Positions 1-12,991 of a stretch of 64,000 nt of DNA are shown here, one piece after another. Both the position numbers and the translations under genes were made by a program. The stretch comes from Lepidodermella squamata (Eukaryota > Animalia > Gastrotricha). The notes beneath the pieces were generated by a model that ran no database searches, was not told where the DNA came from, and saw only the letters and a program-made list of their open reading frames with translations. The DNA is taken from contig JBLDXI010000007.1 of NCBI GenBank assembly GCA_047495785.1, forward strand, positions 930,001 to 994,000. Reading direction: 5' to 3'. The number at the start of each line of letters is the position of its first letter. The stretch's first letter is position 1.

Positions 1-889
1 TAAAAGTAGAAGATTTTTTTCGACAGCAAAATAAATTTAAAGCATCATACCTGAAAAGTGTGAATAATCTTAAGTTTGGAATCGAGGAAATAAACCGCTT
101 GATCCGATTCACCACCGGACTGAAAAAACATTTGCATTGGCAGTCGCAAGATATCAAAGCTCTATACAGATGAGGTACAAATCAAAGCGAAAAGCAGCAT
201 CCCAGTCAACAAACTTTTAAGCTGCCGATGGGTAGTTTCACAAGCCAGTAGTTTGAATCGGAATCCTCCTGAAAAGGGAAGACAATATCATCGTAGTCTA
301 TATCGGGCTCCAAGATTTCGGGGATAGCGTCAGGTACAGCTCTCAGAAATTCGTTCAAGCCGACATCTGAGTCTCGCAAGAGTTGGTAATCGTTTATAGG
401 GTCGATTAGCCTAGCTCGGCCAGTATCTCCAGCACGAATATCGGGAACGTAAATTAGCACAGAGCCTCTACCGAACGCCATGTCCAAAGACAGCGTCCGA
501 AACATTCGCTTCGTTTTCAAATCATTCCGAAATCGAATTAAATTAGCACTGTCCCTCAAAAATGACTTGCACGCATCGGCATCAAATTCCATCTGCAACA
601 GACCTTCCCAGAAGAAGTCTCTCTCAATGAAATTCCTCCACCTATAAAAATAATAACTTGCCAAAAGCTGCAATTTAATAAGACGTGTGACGATTTACTT
701 TTTACAAACTAGAGAGCAGCGCAGAAAAATGTCCCGATTTCTTAGGCACAGAAAAATCTTCCTGGTGACCTCAGGCGGTAGAGAAAACAGAAAATCGGTC
801 GGTTCTTCGACATGGGAGCGGCTTATCTTCGCCTGCGATGATTCTTGTTCGCTTTCAACATGATGATTATTACGTTTTTGAGGCGGCAT
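1..889 (-). CDS. F-box/ankyrin family gene A (5' part; continues beyond window start)
   Basis: Exon 1 (ORF 695-889) has F-box 'FLFSLPPEVTRKIFLCLRNRDIFLRCSLVCKK', then a GT-AG intron. Exon 2 (~210-641) 'WRNFIERDFFWEGLL...WLVKLPIG' and exon 3 (~50-160) are homologous to the other copies. Confidence 0.85.
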
Positions 890-1271
890 AATTCAATGAT
901 GCTCAAAATTCTAGGAGAAAGGCATTATTTGACGAAATTATAATTGAGCCAGATCACGAAGTATTCTTCATTGGAAAGCTCAGTGTTTTTCAACAAATTC
1001 ATCATCAAAAATCGAAATTTACTAAAAAAACCAGGTGAAACATCAGACAGGAAAATGGAAAGAAGAGGGAACATGATTCAATTTTGTAAAGGAATAAAAA
1101 TGAAGAAAATTATTTTTGGCGCCAAAAGAGCGAAGAGCTCGTTTCGATGCAAAAAAAATCTGTAATTTTATGATAAGAATACATCGCTACAAAATTTGGC
1201 AATGAATTACAGTGCAAACATTAACAAAACAATGGGTATGTGATGCGTTAAAAAAAAGAATAAAGATCTAT

Positions 1272-3500
1272 TCAAAATTTGGAATTATGTCTCGAAATCT
1301 TTTTCGATTTCTTATTCAACAAATGAGCGAGTTCGCTAAACGGGTCGTCCAGCTCAGCGTAATCAAGAGCCGTGTATCCGTCCGAATCTTTCAAATTCTT
1401 ATTCGCACCGTGCCTCAACAAAATTTCAACGGTTTTCAAATCCTTTCTTTTAACAGCCGAAATTAAGGCGGTCGTCATCGATCCGTCCTGGCGTATGTAA
1501 CGCATATTCGGATCGAGATCAGCCTCGAAAAGCAGTTCCAGTCGACCGCGATTAGGCGCATAATCAATAACACTTCTGCCTTGGTTATTGATGCGGGCAA
1601 AATCAGCTCCATGATCAATCAACGCCCGCAAAGGGCCCTTGGTTTCATGAGTTATAGCTCGCATCAACAGGGTTTTGCCACGACTGTCGCACTCGTTTAT
1701 ATCAGCACCATACGCCACCAGGACTGAAACTACTCCTTTTCGAAATATAGGTCCTTGACGGAAAAGAGCGGTGTAAAGATAAGACCGGCCTTCAGGGGTG
1801 TAACCATTCGGGTCAACGCCTCGTTTCATGAAAGTTTTCACGACATTTCTCAGTCCGTTTTGCAACGCGTATATGAAGTAACTCAGGTCAAAAGGAGCGC
1901 CATTCTGCAACAGGATTTCGATGATTTGCCGATTATCACGGCGAATGGCGTGCATCATTGGGCCCTCGTAGTGATGGTACGCCTTTGGATCGTCACAACG
2001 TTCGTCGTCTATTAGCTTCTCAACTTCACTGCCTCGCAGCAGATCGGGATCTTGTTCAAAAACCGCTTTGATTTGCTCGGTGTCCTCTTCCCAGATACTT
2101 AGGCCTAATTCCATGATCTCAAAAAAAAACAAAGAAAATTGAAAATAAAAAATTTGAAATGCAAAAATATTGAAGTTGCGAGACGCATAAAAACGCTACC
2201 CTCAAAAAATGAAGAGTATACGGCAATTTTCCCAGATAGCCCAGCCGGACACTAGAAAAGCACCTTATGAATTTTGAAATCGAAATCTTTCAAGGGTTTA
2301 CAAGATAGATGTGAATTTAACGTGAAGCAATGCGAAAGGCTACTTTCCCTCACTTATTTTTAGGGGAGATTAATTTTTTTTACTCATAGAAGACAAAATC
2401 AATATAAGGTATAAGGGGTCAAATCTTTGCACCCAGTTCTTACCAGTTTGTTCGCTTTAAACAAGCTCGGGAATACTGCACGGATTTCGAGACCCCAAAG
2501 CTCGGCATTCGACGCTAAATATCTGGCACCGGCAGGGTAATCGTCCACCGTAACGATTTTCTGCGTAGGCCCAAAATTAGCTGCCAATGGGAACTGTAAA
2601 ATTAGAAAGAAATTGACATTTCAGGAGAGCGGCAAACATTCAGTAACGACACCTGAACAGTTCGGATGATTTTTAGCTCGGAATCCAGAAAATGAACAGA
2701 TCGATCAGTGTCCTCTGCCCAGTCAACATAAATTTGTATCGGAATCCGCAGGAAGTCAAAAGCCTAAAAATAAGCTGTTAATAATCTGACAAAGATGACC
2801 AACTTTAAATCTAGCCAACCGGTAGGCTGCCAACCGGCAGTTTTAAAAGCCAGCAGCAGCAAGACCATTCGTCTTCCTCGAACGAAGTCGGAAATTTATA
2901 GAAATTACAATTAGTTTCCATGATTTTCGGAATAGCAACCGGAACAGCATTCAAAAACTCATCCAGGCGAACTTTTGACTCCCGCATCAGTTCACAATCA
3001 ATGTCAGGGTCGACCCTCCGCGGTGGAGCTGTATGGCCAGCCCGAGTATCGGGCACGTAAATTGGCGCAGCGTACTTGTCCCGCATATCCATTTCAGTTA
3101 TAGTCCGAAAAATTTGCTTCGTTTTCAGGTCATAGCGGAAACGAGCTAGATTATTCTTCTCTCTCAAGAATAGCCTGCAGGCATCGGTATTAAATTCCCA
3201 GAGCAACAGACCCTCCCAAAAACAGTCACTCTCAATAAAATTTCTCCATCTATAGATTTAAAGCAAGCTTGTAATAGACTGAAATTTAGTTGAATAAGCA
3301 AAATTTCACTTTTTACAAACCAGAGAGCAGCGGAGGAAAATGTCTCGAGTTCTCAGGCGCAGTAAAATCGCCCTTGTGACTTCAGGCGGCAGAGAAAAGA
3401 AAAAATCGAATGGTTCTTCTTCTCCTGCTGAGCGGCTTTTCTTTGGTAGCGATAGATCTTTTTCGATTTTCTCAGCATTTTTGCGCTTTTTCGGCAACAT
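1272..3500 (-). CDS. F-box/ankyrin family gene B (5 exons)
   Basis: F-box exon 3306-3500; middle exons ~2815-3250, ~2650-2765, ~2443-2595 ('VDDYPAGARYLASN..FPSL'); ankyrin exon 1272-~2117 (GADIN..G.TLL, G.TALDYA). Confidence 0.9.
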
Positions 3501-3712
3501 ACGACAGTAATTTTCAAAATTCTAGTAAAAAAATCAAGTTTATTTGAGGAAATGATGAAATTCTTGTGTGTAAACACTCTTAAACAAGAATCAAAACCGA
3601 CAAAATCTTGAAGTGCAACAAATAATCAAGTCAAACAGAGTAGAATGGAAAGACGGAAAAAGTTGAGTTTGGCCAATTTTAGAAAAATGAAAAATGTTAT
3701 TAACCGACTTTT

Positions 3713-5725
3713 TTATCGGCACCTATCCATAGCACTTTTCAAATGAGTCACAGCAAAACCGTTAGGAAACAATTTTTCCGCATGATCGAGGGCTGTTAGG
3801 CCACTAGAGTCCTTCAGCTTGGCATTAGCTGCGTAATCCAACAACAGCTTGACGGTTTTCGCGTCACCTTGCTTAGCTGCAGCTATCAATTTCGTACAAG
3901 TCGTCCCATCATCGTCGACATATCGAATGTTAGGGTCAAGACCGGCATGGAAAAGGTCGTCAAGTCGATTCAACGGCGCGAAATTCAGCACGTTTTGGCC
4001 CTTTTTATTTGCTTTTCTAAGATCAACCCTGTAGGATAGCAGCAGTTTAAGAGGCTCTTTGATGTTGAACGAAACAGCTTTCATCAACAACGTATTGCCG
4101 TCTTCATCGTAACACGAGTTGACGTCAGCACCGCCGGCTACAAGAGCTGAAATGGCCGACCTACGAAATCCGCACCAATTTTTCTGATCGAAAAGAGCCA
4201 TGTATAAATAAGGCTTGCCACCAGGAGTCGAGCCATTAGGATTAACGCCACGAGCTAGGAAGATTTTAACAACATCACCAAATCCCATTTCCAAGGCGTA
4301 GAGAAAGTAGCCGTGGTCCAGCGGAGCGCCGCGTTGAATCATAGTTTCGACGATGGGTCGGCTATTTCTCGCCAGGGCGTGAATCATTGGGCCATGCCGG
4401 TGCGAGTAATATTCCGGGAATTTAGAGTGGCAATCCCTGTTGATAGGTTCAACTTCGGACGAGCGTAGTAAATCAGGGTCTTGGGCGAAAATTTCGCTGA
4501 TATTTGGCTTCGAAAGGCAGCAAATGGCTTTGCAAAGATCCATTCGCTAAAAAGAAATCAACTACTCTTCATGACTCGAATATATAGCCAAAAATGCATC
4601 ATCTAGTGATTCCAATTAATTTCCCGGAATTATGTTGATTCATCTCTCATTAGCGACCGAATTTTAGAAAAATTACTTACCAATTTATTAATTTTGTATG
4701 AACTCGGAAACACCGCTCGAATTGTCAACCAGCAAATTTCGGCATTCGAAGCAAGAAATCGCGTTCCAGACGGGTAATCGGTGACATTGATCAAAGCTTG
4801 ATCATTTTGAACTGTTCCGTCGTAATGAGCATTAACAAGAGGGAACTATTCGAGAAATTGTAATGCTGAGAAGTATTTATATTGAAAGCTATTTCATACT
4901 TCAAAAGACTGAATAATGTTCAAATTCGCGTCCAGAAAGTGAATAGATCGATCTGGTTTAGTAGCAGATGTCGAAAACATTTGCAACGGAATCTTCAAGT
5001 AATCGAACGCCTGAAAAAAACATATTTCCATATAATTCTTTAAATTGTCATAAGAGCCGGGTAAACCTCTCTGCTTCTGATCGGCAACTTAAGCAGCCAA
5101 CATTTGAAGCGATCATTTTCATGACTGGTGATAAGTCTACAATTTTTATCCGGATTCATAATATCTGGTAAAGCTATCGGCACAGCTTTCAGAAATTCGG
5201 CCAATGAAACTTTCGCAGGCCGAGCATATTTATGCTTGTCCTTCTCAGGGACAACCATAGGCGGTTTCGTTTCACTTGGATGATCGACAGGAACGTAAAT
5301 AGAAATCGTATCTTTACTTTCGTCACGTGGCAGATTGAGAAAATTGGTTCGGAAAATTGGTTTGGTTTTCAGGTCGTATTGAAATCGATGAAGGGCTCCT
5401 TTATCGCGCAAAAATAGCCTGCATCTATCGGCCGGAAATTCTCGCTGAATGAGACCCTCCCAAAAGAAGTCACTTTCGAGAAATTGTTTCCACCTATATC
5501 AAAAAATTAGTAAAGAATCGCCAAAAGATAAATTGCCTACTGTTTGGAAACTAGTGCGCAGCGTAGAAATAAGTCTCGATTTCTCAGGTAGAGGAAAATT
5601 TGCCTAGTTATATCAGTCGGTAACGAGAATAACAGCTCGTTCGTGATTTGTTCGCAATTTCGAGATTTAACAGGCGGCGCTTCATCCGCGATTGGATCGA
5701 CATTTTTTCGTTTGCGAGGTGGCAT
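3713..5725 (-). CDS. F-box/ankyrin family gene C
   Basis: ATG 5725 (MPPRKRK), F-box 'LFSLPTDITRQIFLYLRNRDLFLRCALVSKQ', middle exons ~5050-5490, ~4900-5010, ~4680-4845, ankyrin ORF 3713-4543. Confidence 0.9.
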
Positions 5726-6700
5726 CAAATGTAATATCAATAACCTTTAAAATAAAATGGTGAATATATAGTAAGGCTTGAATAGTTTCCTGATTCACGC
5801 AGAATAAGGTGTAGAAAATAATTTCCAAAGAAGGATTCCTTTCTAGTGAATGTAGAAATCTTTCGTCAAGCTTTATTTACACATGCTGTTACCTCCGCGT
5901 ATTGAGCCAAAATTAGGTACCGTACGTAACGCTTGTTAAATTTAAACAATCCGCCCTCACCTCACTTGCGCTTTCATCTAGGAAGGTTGAGAACCATTCT
6001 GTTACGATCATCTGGACTCCCAACATGAGCAAATAGGTATCTCGTATCTCATATTCCAGAATATACCTGATTTTTCATTTTCAACAAAATTAATCAAGGT
6101 GTCTATTAAAATTCACTTCGAGACCACACTAATTCCCGTTAACCTGAAATAAAATTGCTTTAAATGTTTTGAATGTAACACCAAGCTAGTTACGCACTTC
6201 GGAAATTGAAAAGTGAAACAATCGTCGCCTCCATTGAGCTCAAAGTTTAGGTTACATTATGTTATAAAAATGCGTTGGGCGTTTCAAATTAGCGGAATTT
6301 TGTTAATCGAGTTTGGATGAATTCACATTTCATTATCATGAGTATAAACAAATTCCAAGGCTTTCCGATATTTCATAAGGTGTGAAAAATCCAAACTTAC
6401 CCATACCTTCAACCATTTTTATAAAATTAAGGTAGAATGTTGAGATTTAAAAATTTACACGGCTATCGAAAACCGACGTCCTCTCATGTCCCAAAAATTT
6501 CGAATTCCTTCGCTGATTTCCTCGACTTGGAGGTTGTTGTGGTTCTAATTCATGTGATGATGTGAATCGGTGAATTCGATACGTTTTTACTTCAAAATGC
6601 TAAAACAAAAACAAAACACTGCTGACGGCGACGAGGGAGCAAAAACAAATCATTATCCAGCGACATTCACAGTCCGGTTGAATTGGCACTGGTGCTGTGT

Positions 6701-9700
6701 CTAATAGAAATCATGACCAGCCTTCTTATACATAGCTTGCCGCTTTTCATCACAACAATACAAATGCTCCACTGTAAGACCATCCTTGCTGACTATATTG
6801 ACATCCGCACCCCTCGCCAGCAGAATTTTCAGCGGCTCAACCCGCGGAAAATTGTTAGATCTCATCAGCAGCGTATAACCATCCTCGTCCACTTCGTTTA
6901 TATCAGCCCCAGCATCTATCAACGCATTGGCAGAAGCAGTGCGATATGGCTGGCCTTTCATCTGACCAAACAGGGCCCCTTCCAGCAGAGACTTACCACA
7001 AGGCATTTTCGCATTAGGCTCCCCGCCGTTAGACAGGTACAATTTCACAGCGTCGACTAAGCCGAATTTGACTGCTAGTGACGCATGGCTTGAGTCGATT
7101 TTTGCGCCGTGGCCCAACAACGCTTCAATCACGGCTTTATTGTTGAGACGGACAGCATGTGTTATCGGACCATCATCGGGCCATATGTGGTAGGGTTGTA
7201 TCATCATCACGAAATCGTTGTCCTCGGTGTTGTACTGCACAGACTCAGACTCGTTTCTCCGAACTAGATCAGGGTTTTCTCGCAGCATCTCAAGGACACC
7301 AGCCACGTCATCGCCGCAGATGTACTGGTTTAGTAGAAAGCGCTAAGAGTACATGAATTATATATGCCGCATTCATTCATTTTTCAAATATTCTCCCGAA
7401 ATCAGTTTAATCTGCCGTTATAACTAGTCAAATTCCAATACTGAAAATCGTGAAGTTCAAAAGCTCGGGCTAGTATTCGAAAATATTAGAAATTTTGCTT
7501 CTCAATCTAAAAATCTGATTAAAGCTTATTAACGTAAAAAATACTCGCAGAAGGGATTACAAACTCAACAACAAGAGACGCAACAAAAATAAAAAAATTT
7601 AATAGTCAAGAAATTACAAATGCCACGAGAATAAAAATCGACAATAATTTTGAATAATCGAGAAAAATTTGGTGCAACCGGGTAAAATACCGAAAATTAC
7701 CGAACCATTTGGAATAGGGTTAAGGTGGATTCACTAATGTGCGACAGGTACGACAAGTGTCGTACTGTCGCAGCTCTGTCGCATCAAATCCGCGGACGAC
7801 AGCCGAGGGATAGTCACAGTCGTATGCGCACAAAACAATGACACGCGCGGGCGCTGAGACAGTGTCGCGCGCGGCTGATTTTTATATGAAAGGAAACCAA
7901 ATTTGCAAAAAACTTGTCCAATTAAGTTTTTAACCAGAAAAATCGTTATTTTCGACATCAGTTACCCTATTTCCGTGTATTTTCATCGAAATTTGATAAT
8001 TTTAATTATTTTCACCTAGCACGGCACCACCTCGCGGATTATTGAGGGCGCTAACAACTTTTTTATTTAAATTTATTAAGGAAGAAATTCGTAGTCATTT
8101 GATAAAGAATTGTTTCAGTTTTAATTTGGTATAAAAGCCGCCATTGTTTTCGAAATTAGCAAAAAGACATTTTAGTGCGCGCGGCCACCGTTTTGTTAAA
8201 AATTTTGATGTGGTGTTTCGCGCCTTAGAGTAATGGTGCGTTGTCTATTTCTCCAGGTTTCGCGCACAAGTCCACTGTTATACTTCGATTGCGCGCTTGA
8301 AGTGGACCGAACTAGGACGTTGTTTTACCTGCTGTCGGACGATTCTAAGCTGTCGTGTCGCACACGCGAAATTCCACCAAAATCGCGCGTGCGATGCGAC
8401 AGGCCAGGTCCATGCGACAAAATCCTTTCTTAGAGTGCGCGCGCCCTAGTCGAATCTTGTCGCACGCGCACATTGTTCTCTGACTAGCGTTTATGAACAC
8501 TCGGCGCGACTGTCGTACGAAACGCTGATGCGACGGTACGACGCGCGACAACGTCGGATAGTATATGAACAACGATGCGATTTTCGCACCCGACAGTGCG
8601 ACGGTCGTATGCGAAATATTCGTATCCGAAAATTCGCACATTAGTGAATGCACCTTTATGTCGGACAGTTTACATTTTTTTGAGTGAAATCGCCCGTAGG
8701 AGATGCTCCCCGTATTTCGAATTTAAAATCAAAATAATATTTTGGCATAAATTTGCAAAACTAGAATATGGGACACGCGGCATTTGACTGCGGCTATTTA
8801 TATCCCTCTACTAAAATCATGATAACCACATAATTCCAGGAAACGCACTTGTTCGTTCATTTTCAAAAGACTCGGAAAGACGAAGCGGATTCTCCAGCCT
8901 TTCAAATGGCAACTCCAAGCCAGAAATTTCACTCCAACAGGATATCTATTTGTCGACAAAAAGGCGTCGCGGACTTGATTTGACAACATGGCTTCACCTA
9001 AATCCAAACAGGAAATCTAAGAAAAATTATTTCGATTTTCGAGTGATTATTCGATTGGAATTACCTCCACCTGGTGAATTACTTCAAAATTTTCATCTAG
9101 CATGTAAATAATGCGATCACAGCCCCACATTGTAACGAATAACTGAAGAGGCATGCGAAGACTGTCGAAAGCCTGAAAAAATTAGTAATTAATTACAATT
9201 ACTTGCCGAATGTTCGACCTACCTCGGGGCACGGAAGACTCATGATAATAAAACGATCGCTAAAATCGAATTTGACCTTTTTGCGCAATTTCTCTTCAAA
9301 TTTAAGCTGAGGATAGTTTTTCGAAAGAAAATCTATGCCTTCTTTGATTTCGCGCAATTGGGCGGTGGAACTTATATTTATTTGATTTGCCTCATCAATC
9401 TCGAACTGTTGGTTGGCCCGGAAAAACTCACTCGACTTCAACGCAGATCTCAGCTGAGAAAGCGCAATTTCAGATCGCAAAAATTGCTCGCTTCTCTCAC
9501 CCGGGAATTCACGAGCAACCAATCCATGCCAGAAGACATTGCTATTGAGAAAATCGTTCCATCTAAAAAACAAAAATTTTAGTAAGCATGTATATGAGAG
9601 TTAGCCAAGTATTACTTTTTGCAAACCAGCGTGAAAGTCCGGAAAATATCCCTGTTTCGAAAGTAAAAGAATATGACCTTTCTAACCTCCGACGGTAACG

Positions 9701-9800
9701 CGAAAATTAAATCGAACGGAGGTGGCTCGACAACGGATGATGACTTTGCCGTCGGAAAATCAATGCAGCCAACTTCACACTTTCGTTTACGAGGCCCCAT
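6701..9800 (-). CDS. F-box/ankyrin family gene D (last intron expanded to ~1.5 kb)
   Basis: ATG 9800 (MGPRKRK), F-box exon to ~9615, exon ~9220-9562, exon 4 'YPVGVKFLAW..FVFPSLLKMNEQ' ending ~8848, ankyrin exon from acceptor at 7343 to stop 6701. Confidence 0.8.
7723..8655. mobile_element. Non-autonomous PIF/Harbinger-type DNA transposon (MITE), 933 bp
   Basis: 22-bp TIRs AGGTG(G/C)ATTCACTAATGTGCGA at 7723-7744 and 8634-8655 (1 mismatch), TTA on both sides (7720-7722, 8656-8658), CpG-rich subterminal repeats, no transposase ORF. Confidence 0.85.
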
Positions 9801-10138
9801 CCGGGCTAAAAATCTTTCAATAAAATGTACGCTCACTAATTAAAAAATTTAACCAATAAAAATGCTCTAGAATTTCAAGAAAAGTTAATTTTCGGATGAA
9901 TGGGAACCCTCCAGTAGGGAAGCCTCGCTGTTCGTTTCGAAAAGTTGGATTCCAGCATGAAGAAAAAAATCAAGTTGAACTTTTCCACACCGCTTTAGGC
10001 ACAACATAAAATAATATGCAAATTTCCCAGAAAAAAATCCAGCCTAAAAATCGACCCTGAATATCATTATTGCGATATAAAATCTAGAAAAAACAATCAT
10101 ATAATTTGATCATAAATCAAAGCCATTCATTATCATTA

Positions 10139-11823
10139 TTATCCAGATATAATTCTCATAACGCTCACCGGTCGAGATGGTCTCGGCTTATCGGCTTGAT
10201 GGTCAACAATACCATGACCTGCCTTTTGGAAAATAGCCCTACGGTCCTTGCGCTGAATGGGACACTGCAGTACCGATTGACCTCGACTATTAACTATATT
10301 AACATCAGCACCGTTCGCCAGCAGAATTTTAAGTGGCTCCGCCCGCTTAAAATCAACAGCTTTCATGAGAAGAGTTTCGCCGTACCTGTCCTTTACATTG
10401 ACATCAGCCCCAGCGGCTATCAAAGCTGTAACAGGCGGCATAGAAAAAGGTACCCCTTTCACCAGTCCGAACAAGGCGCCGTGGAGGAACGAATATCCAC
10501 ACGGCATTTTCACATTAGGATCCCCGCCCTTCGATAGGTAAATTTCCAAAGCGTCGAAAAATCCTAACCTGACAGCTAGAGATACGTGACTCAAGTCGAG
10601 TTTAGCGCCGTGATTCATCAACGCGTCAAACATGGCTTTGTTATTCCACTGAATGGAATGGGCCAACGGGCTGTCATCGGGCCAAATATGGCGGTATCTG
10701 TTCATGTTTACGGCCGAACTACAGTAGTCAAGGTACTCGGCTTCACCCCTCCGAACCAGGTCTGGGTTTTCACCCAAAATCGCCAGCACTCCAGCCAAAT
10801 TATTGACGCAAATGCGATTGATCAGTTCATATCGCTGAAATTGACAAAAATGATGAAAAAATAATGATAGAATTTTAGGAACGAACCTTTTCATTAATTC
10901 TCAAGAGGTTTGGGAACACGAAGCGAAATTTAAGGTCGTCCAACGAGCACTTACAAGCTAGAAATTTGACTGCAGCAGGGTAGTCATTGCTCCACAAAAA
11001 GTTGGCACGGCCTCGATACGACGAGGACGTAAAACGGGGAACCTACGTAAAAATTAGATAAATTGACGCGATTGATCGATAGAAGTCTACCTTACTCGAT
11101 GAATCACTTTAAAATCGCCATCAAGCAAGTAAACATCAGAGTTGTAAGTATTATTTAATAGCTGAAGAGGGATTCCGAGGCTGTGGAAAACCTGAAGAAA
11201 TGTTTAAATAATTATTAACAAATTGAGAAATCGGGTCACCTCAGGGCACGAAAAATTCATCAATATGAAGCTATCAGATTTGAAGAAGACCCGCCTTCGC
11301 ATTTTCTCCTCAGCTTTCCATTGAGGATAGGTTTTTGAGATAAAACCTAAACATTCCTCGACATCGCGCGATTTGTAAGCTCCAGTTATATCGGTGTAAT
11401 TTTCCCGCTTGGCATCGAGAATTTTGTTTGCCCGACAGAACTCATTCGACTTCAACGCAGCCTTTAGTTGTGGAATGGCAGTTTCAGAATGCAAAAAAAA
11501 TTGCCTGCCTTTTTCACCCGGGAATTCCCGCAAAATTAGCGTTTGCCAGAAAACGTCGCCATCAAGAAATTCATTCCACCTTAAAAAAATGAGAAGAGAA
11601 TTGATAGATTTCACATCTGAATGACGAAAAGCGATAACTTTTTGCAAACCAATGAGCAAACCAGGAAGATATCTCTGTTTCGAAGGTACAGAAATAGCGT
11701 TCTTCTAACGTCCGGCGGCAACTCGAAAATAAAATCGAAAGGAGCCGACTCGGTGACGGATGATGACTTTGCCGGCGAAAGATCACAGTCGTTAATATTG
11801 GATTTTCGTTTACGGGGTCCCAT
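10139..11823 (-). CDS. F-box/ankyrin family gene E
   Basis: ATG 11823 (MGPRKRK), F-box 'FIFELPPDVRRTLFLYLRNRDIFLVCSLVCKK', middle exons, ankyrin ORF 10139-10894; closest paralogue of gene D. Confidence 0.88.
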
Positions 11824-12924
11824 TTCAGCACATTGGTACATGTCCAAAGTAAGGAGGCACTTGAATTACAAATAGGAAAAAAACAAGTAATTCAATTCGC
11901 TGAAGAACGGTAAAATTCATCGAAATAGCATAGAAAATTATTCGACATTACTGATTTGAAACTAGTGACAAAAGTGATGAAAAAAGCCCAATGAGCCCAG
12001 TGGTCATCATTGGCCATATTTTTATTGCTATAGCTATACGGCCTATGCAATCTGATTAATCTGAGTAATCTGGCTGGTATTAAGTCATTTTAACTTGGTC
12101 GCTCGGCCAAGACATCAATAAATTCATTCATACCTAAATGCGATTTGTCATTTTACTCGTGGCGAAAACAAGTGATAGTATAGTTGTTATTTTGCTTCGT
12201 CGTGTTCAATCAAACACTGACTGCTTATAAATACGAGGCAAAAGTCTTGACGAGACAGGTCAGGGAAATCAAAATTATGCTGTAAGTAATAACGAGCGGC
12301 TTTCTCAGTCTCTGTGCGATATAGCTGCCGGCAAATCGACCGGAAATCACACAAACAATTGACATAATTACACATTTTCGGGATTCTCAAGGCAGCTTTT
12401 GGCATTCGGGAATAACTGGTCGATTTGATTTTCAGTTGTTACTCCAATATTGATTTTCATCACTTTTGTCACTAGTTTCAAATCAGTAATGTCGAATAAT
12501 TTTCTATGCTATTTCGATGAATTTTACAGTTCTTCAGCGAATTGAATTACTTGTTTTTTTCCTATTTGTAATTCAAGTGCCTCCTTACTTTGGACATGTA
12601 CCAATGTGCTGAAATGGGACCCCGTAAACGAAAATCCAATATTAACGACTGTGATCTTTCGCCGGCAAAGTCATCATCCGTCACCGAGTCGGCTCCTTTC
12701 GATTTTATTTTCGAGTTGCCGCCGGACGTTAGAAGAACGCTATTTCTGTACCTTCGAAACAGAGATATCTTCCTGGTTTGCTCATTGGTTTGCAAAAAGT
12801 TATCGCTTTTCGTCATTCAGATGTGAAATCTATCAATTCTCTTCTCATTTTTTTAAGGTGGAATGAATTTCTTGATGGCGACGTTTTCTGGCAAACGCTA
12901 ATTTTGCGGGAATTCCCGGGTGAA
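11513..12924. repeat. Near-perfect inverted duplication: 471-bp arms (11513-11983 / 12454-12924), 470-bp spacer
   Basis: Identical ORF translations on opposite strands (11611-11847 - vs 12590-12826 +); arm ends located by reverse-complement comparison; only one mismatch noticed. Confidence 0.95.
12614..12924 (+). pseudogene. Inverted partial copy of gene E (F-box exon plus start of exon 2)
   Basis: Same F-box sequence as gene E on the + strand, cut off at 'REFPGE'. Confidence 0.85.
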
Positions 12925-12991
12925 TTTCAGTTGGCGCCGTATTTCAGTAGACGTATTCAAAAGCTTTCACGTGGGAGCTAAACAGTTGACT

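Noticed and set aside
7734-8787. ORFs within the MITE as transposase
   Set aside because: Short, no DDE or Myb-like motifs; products of GC-rich repeats.
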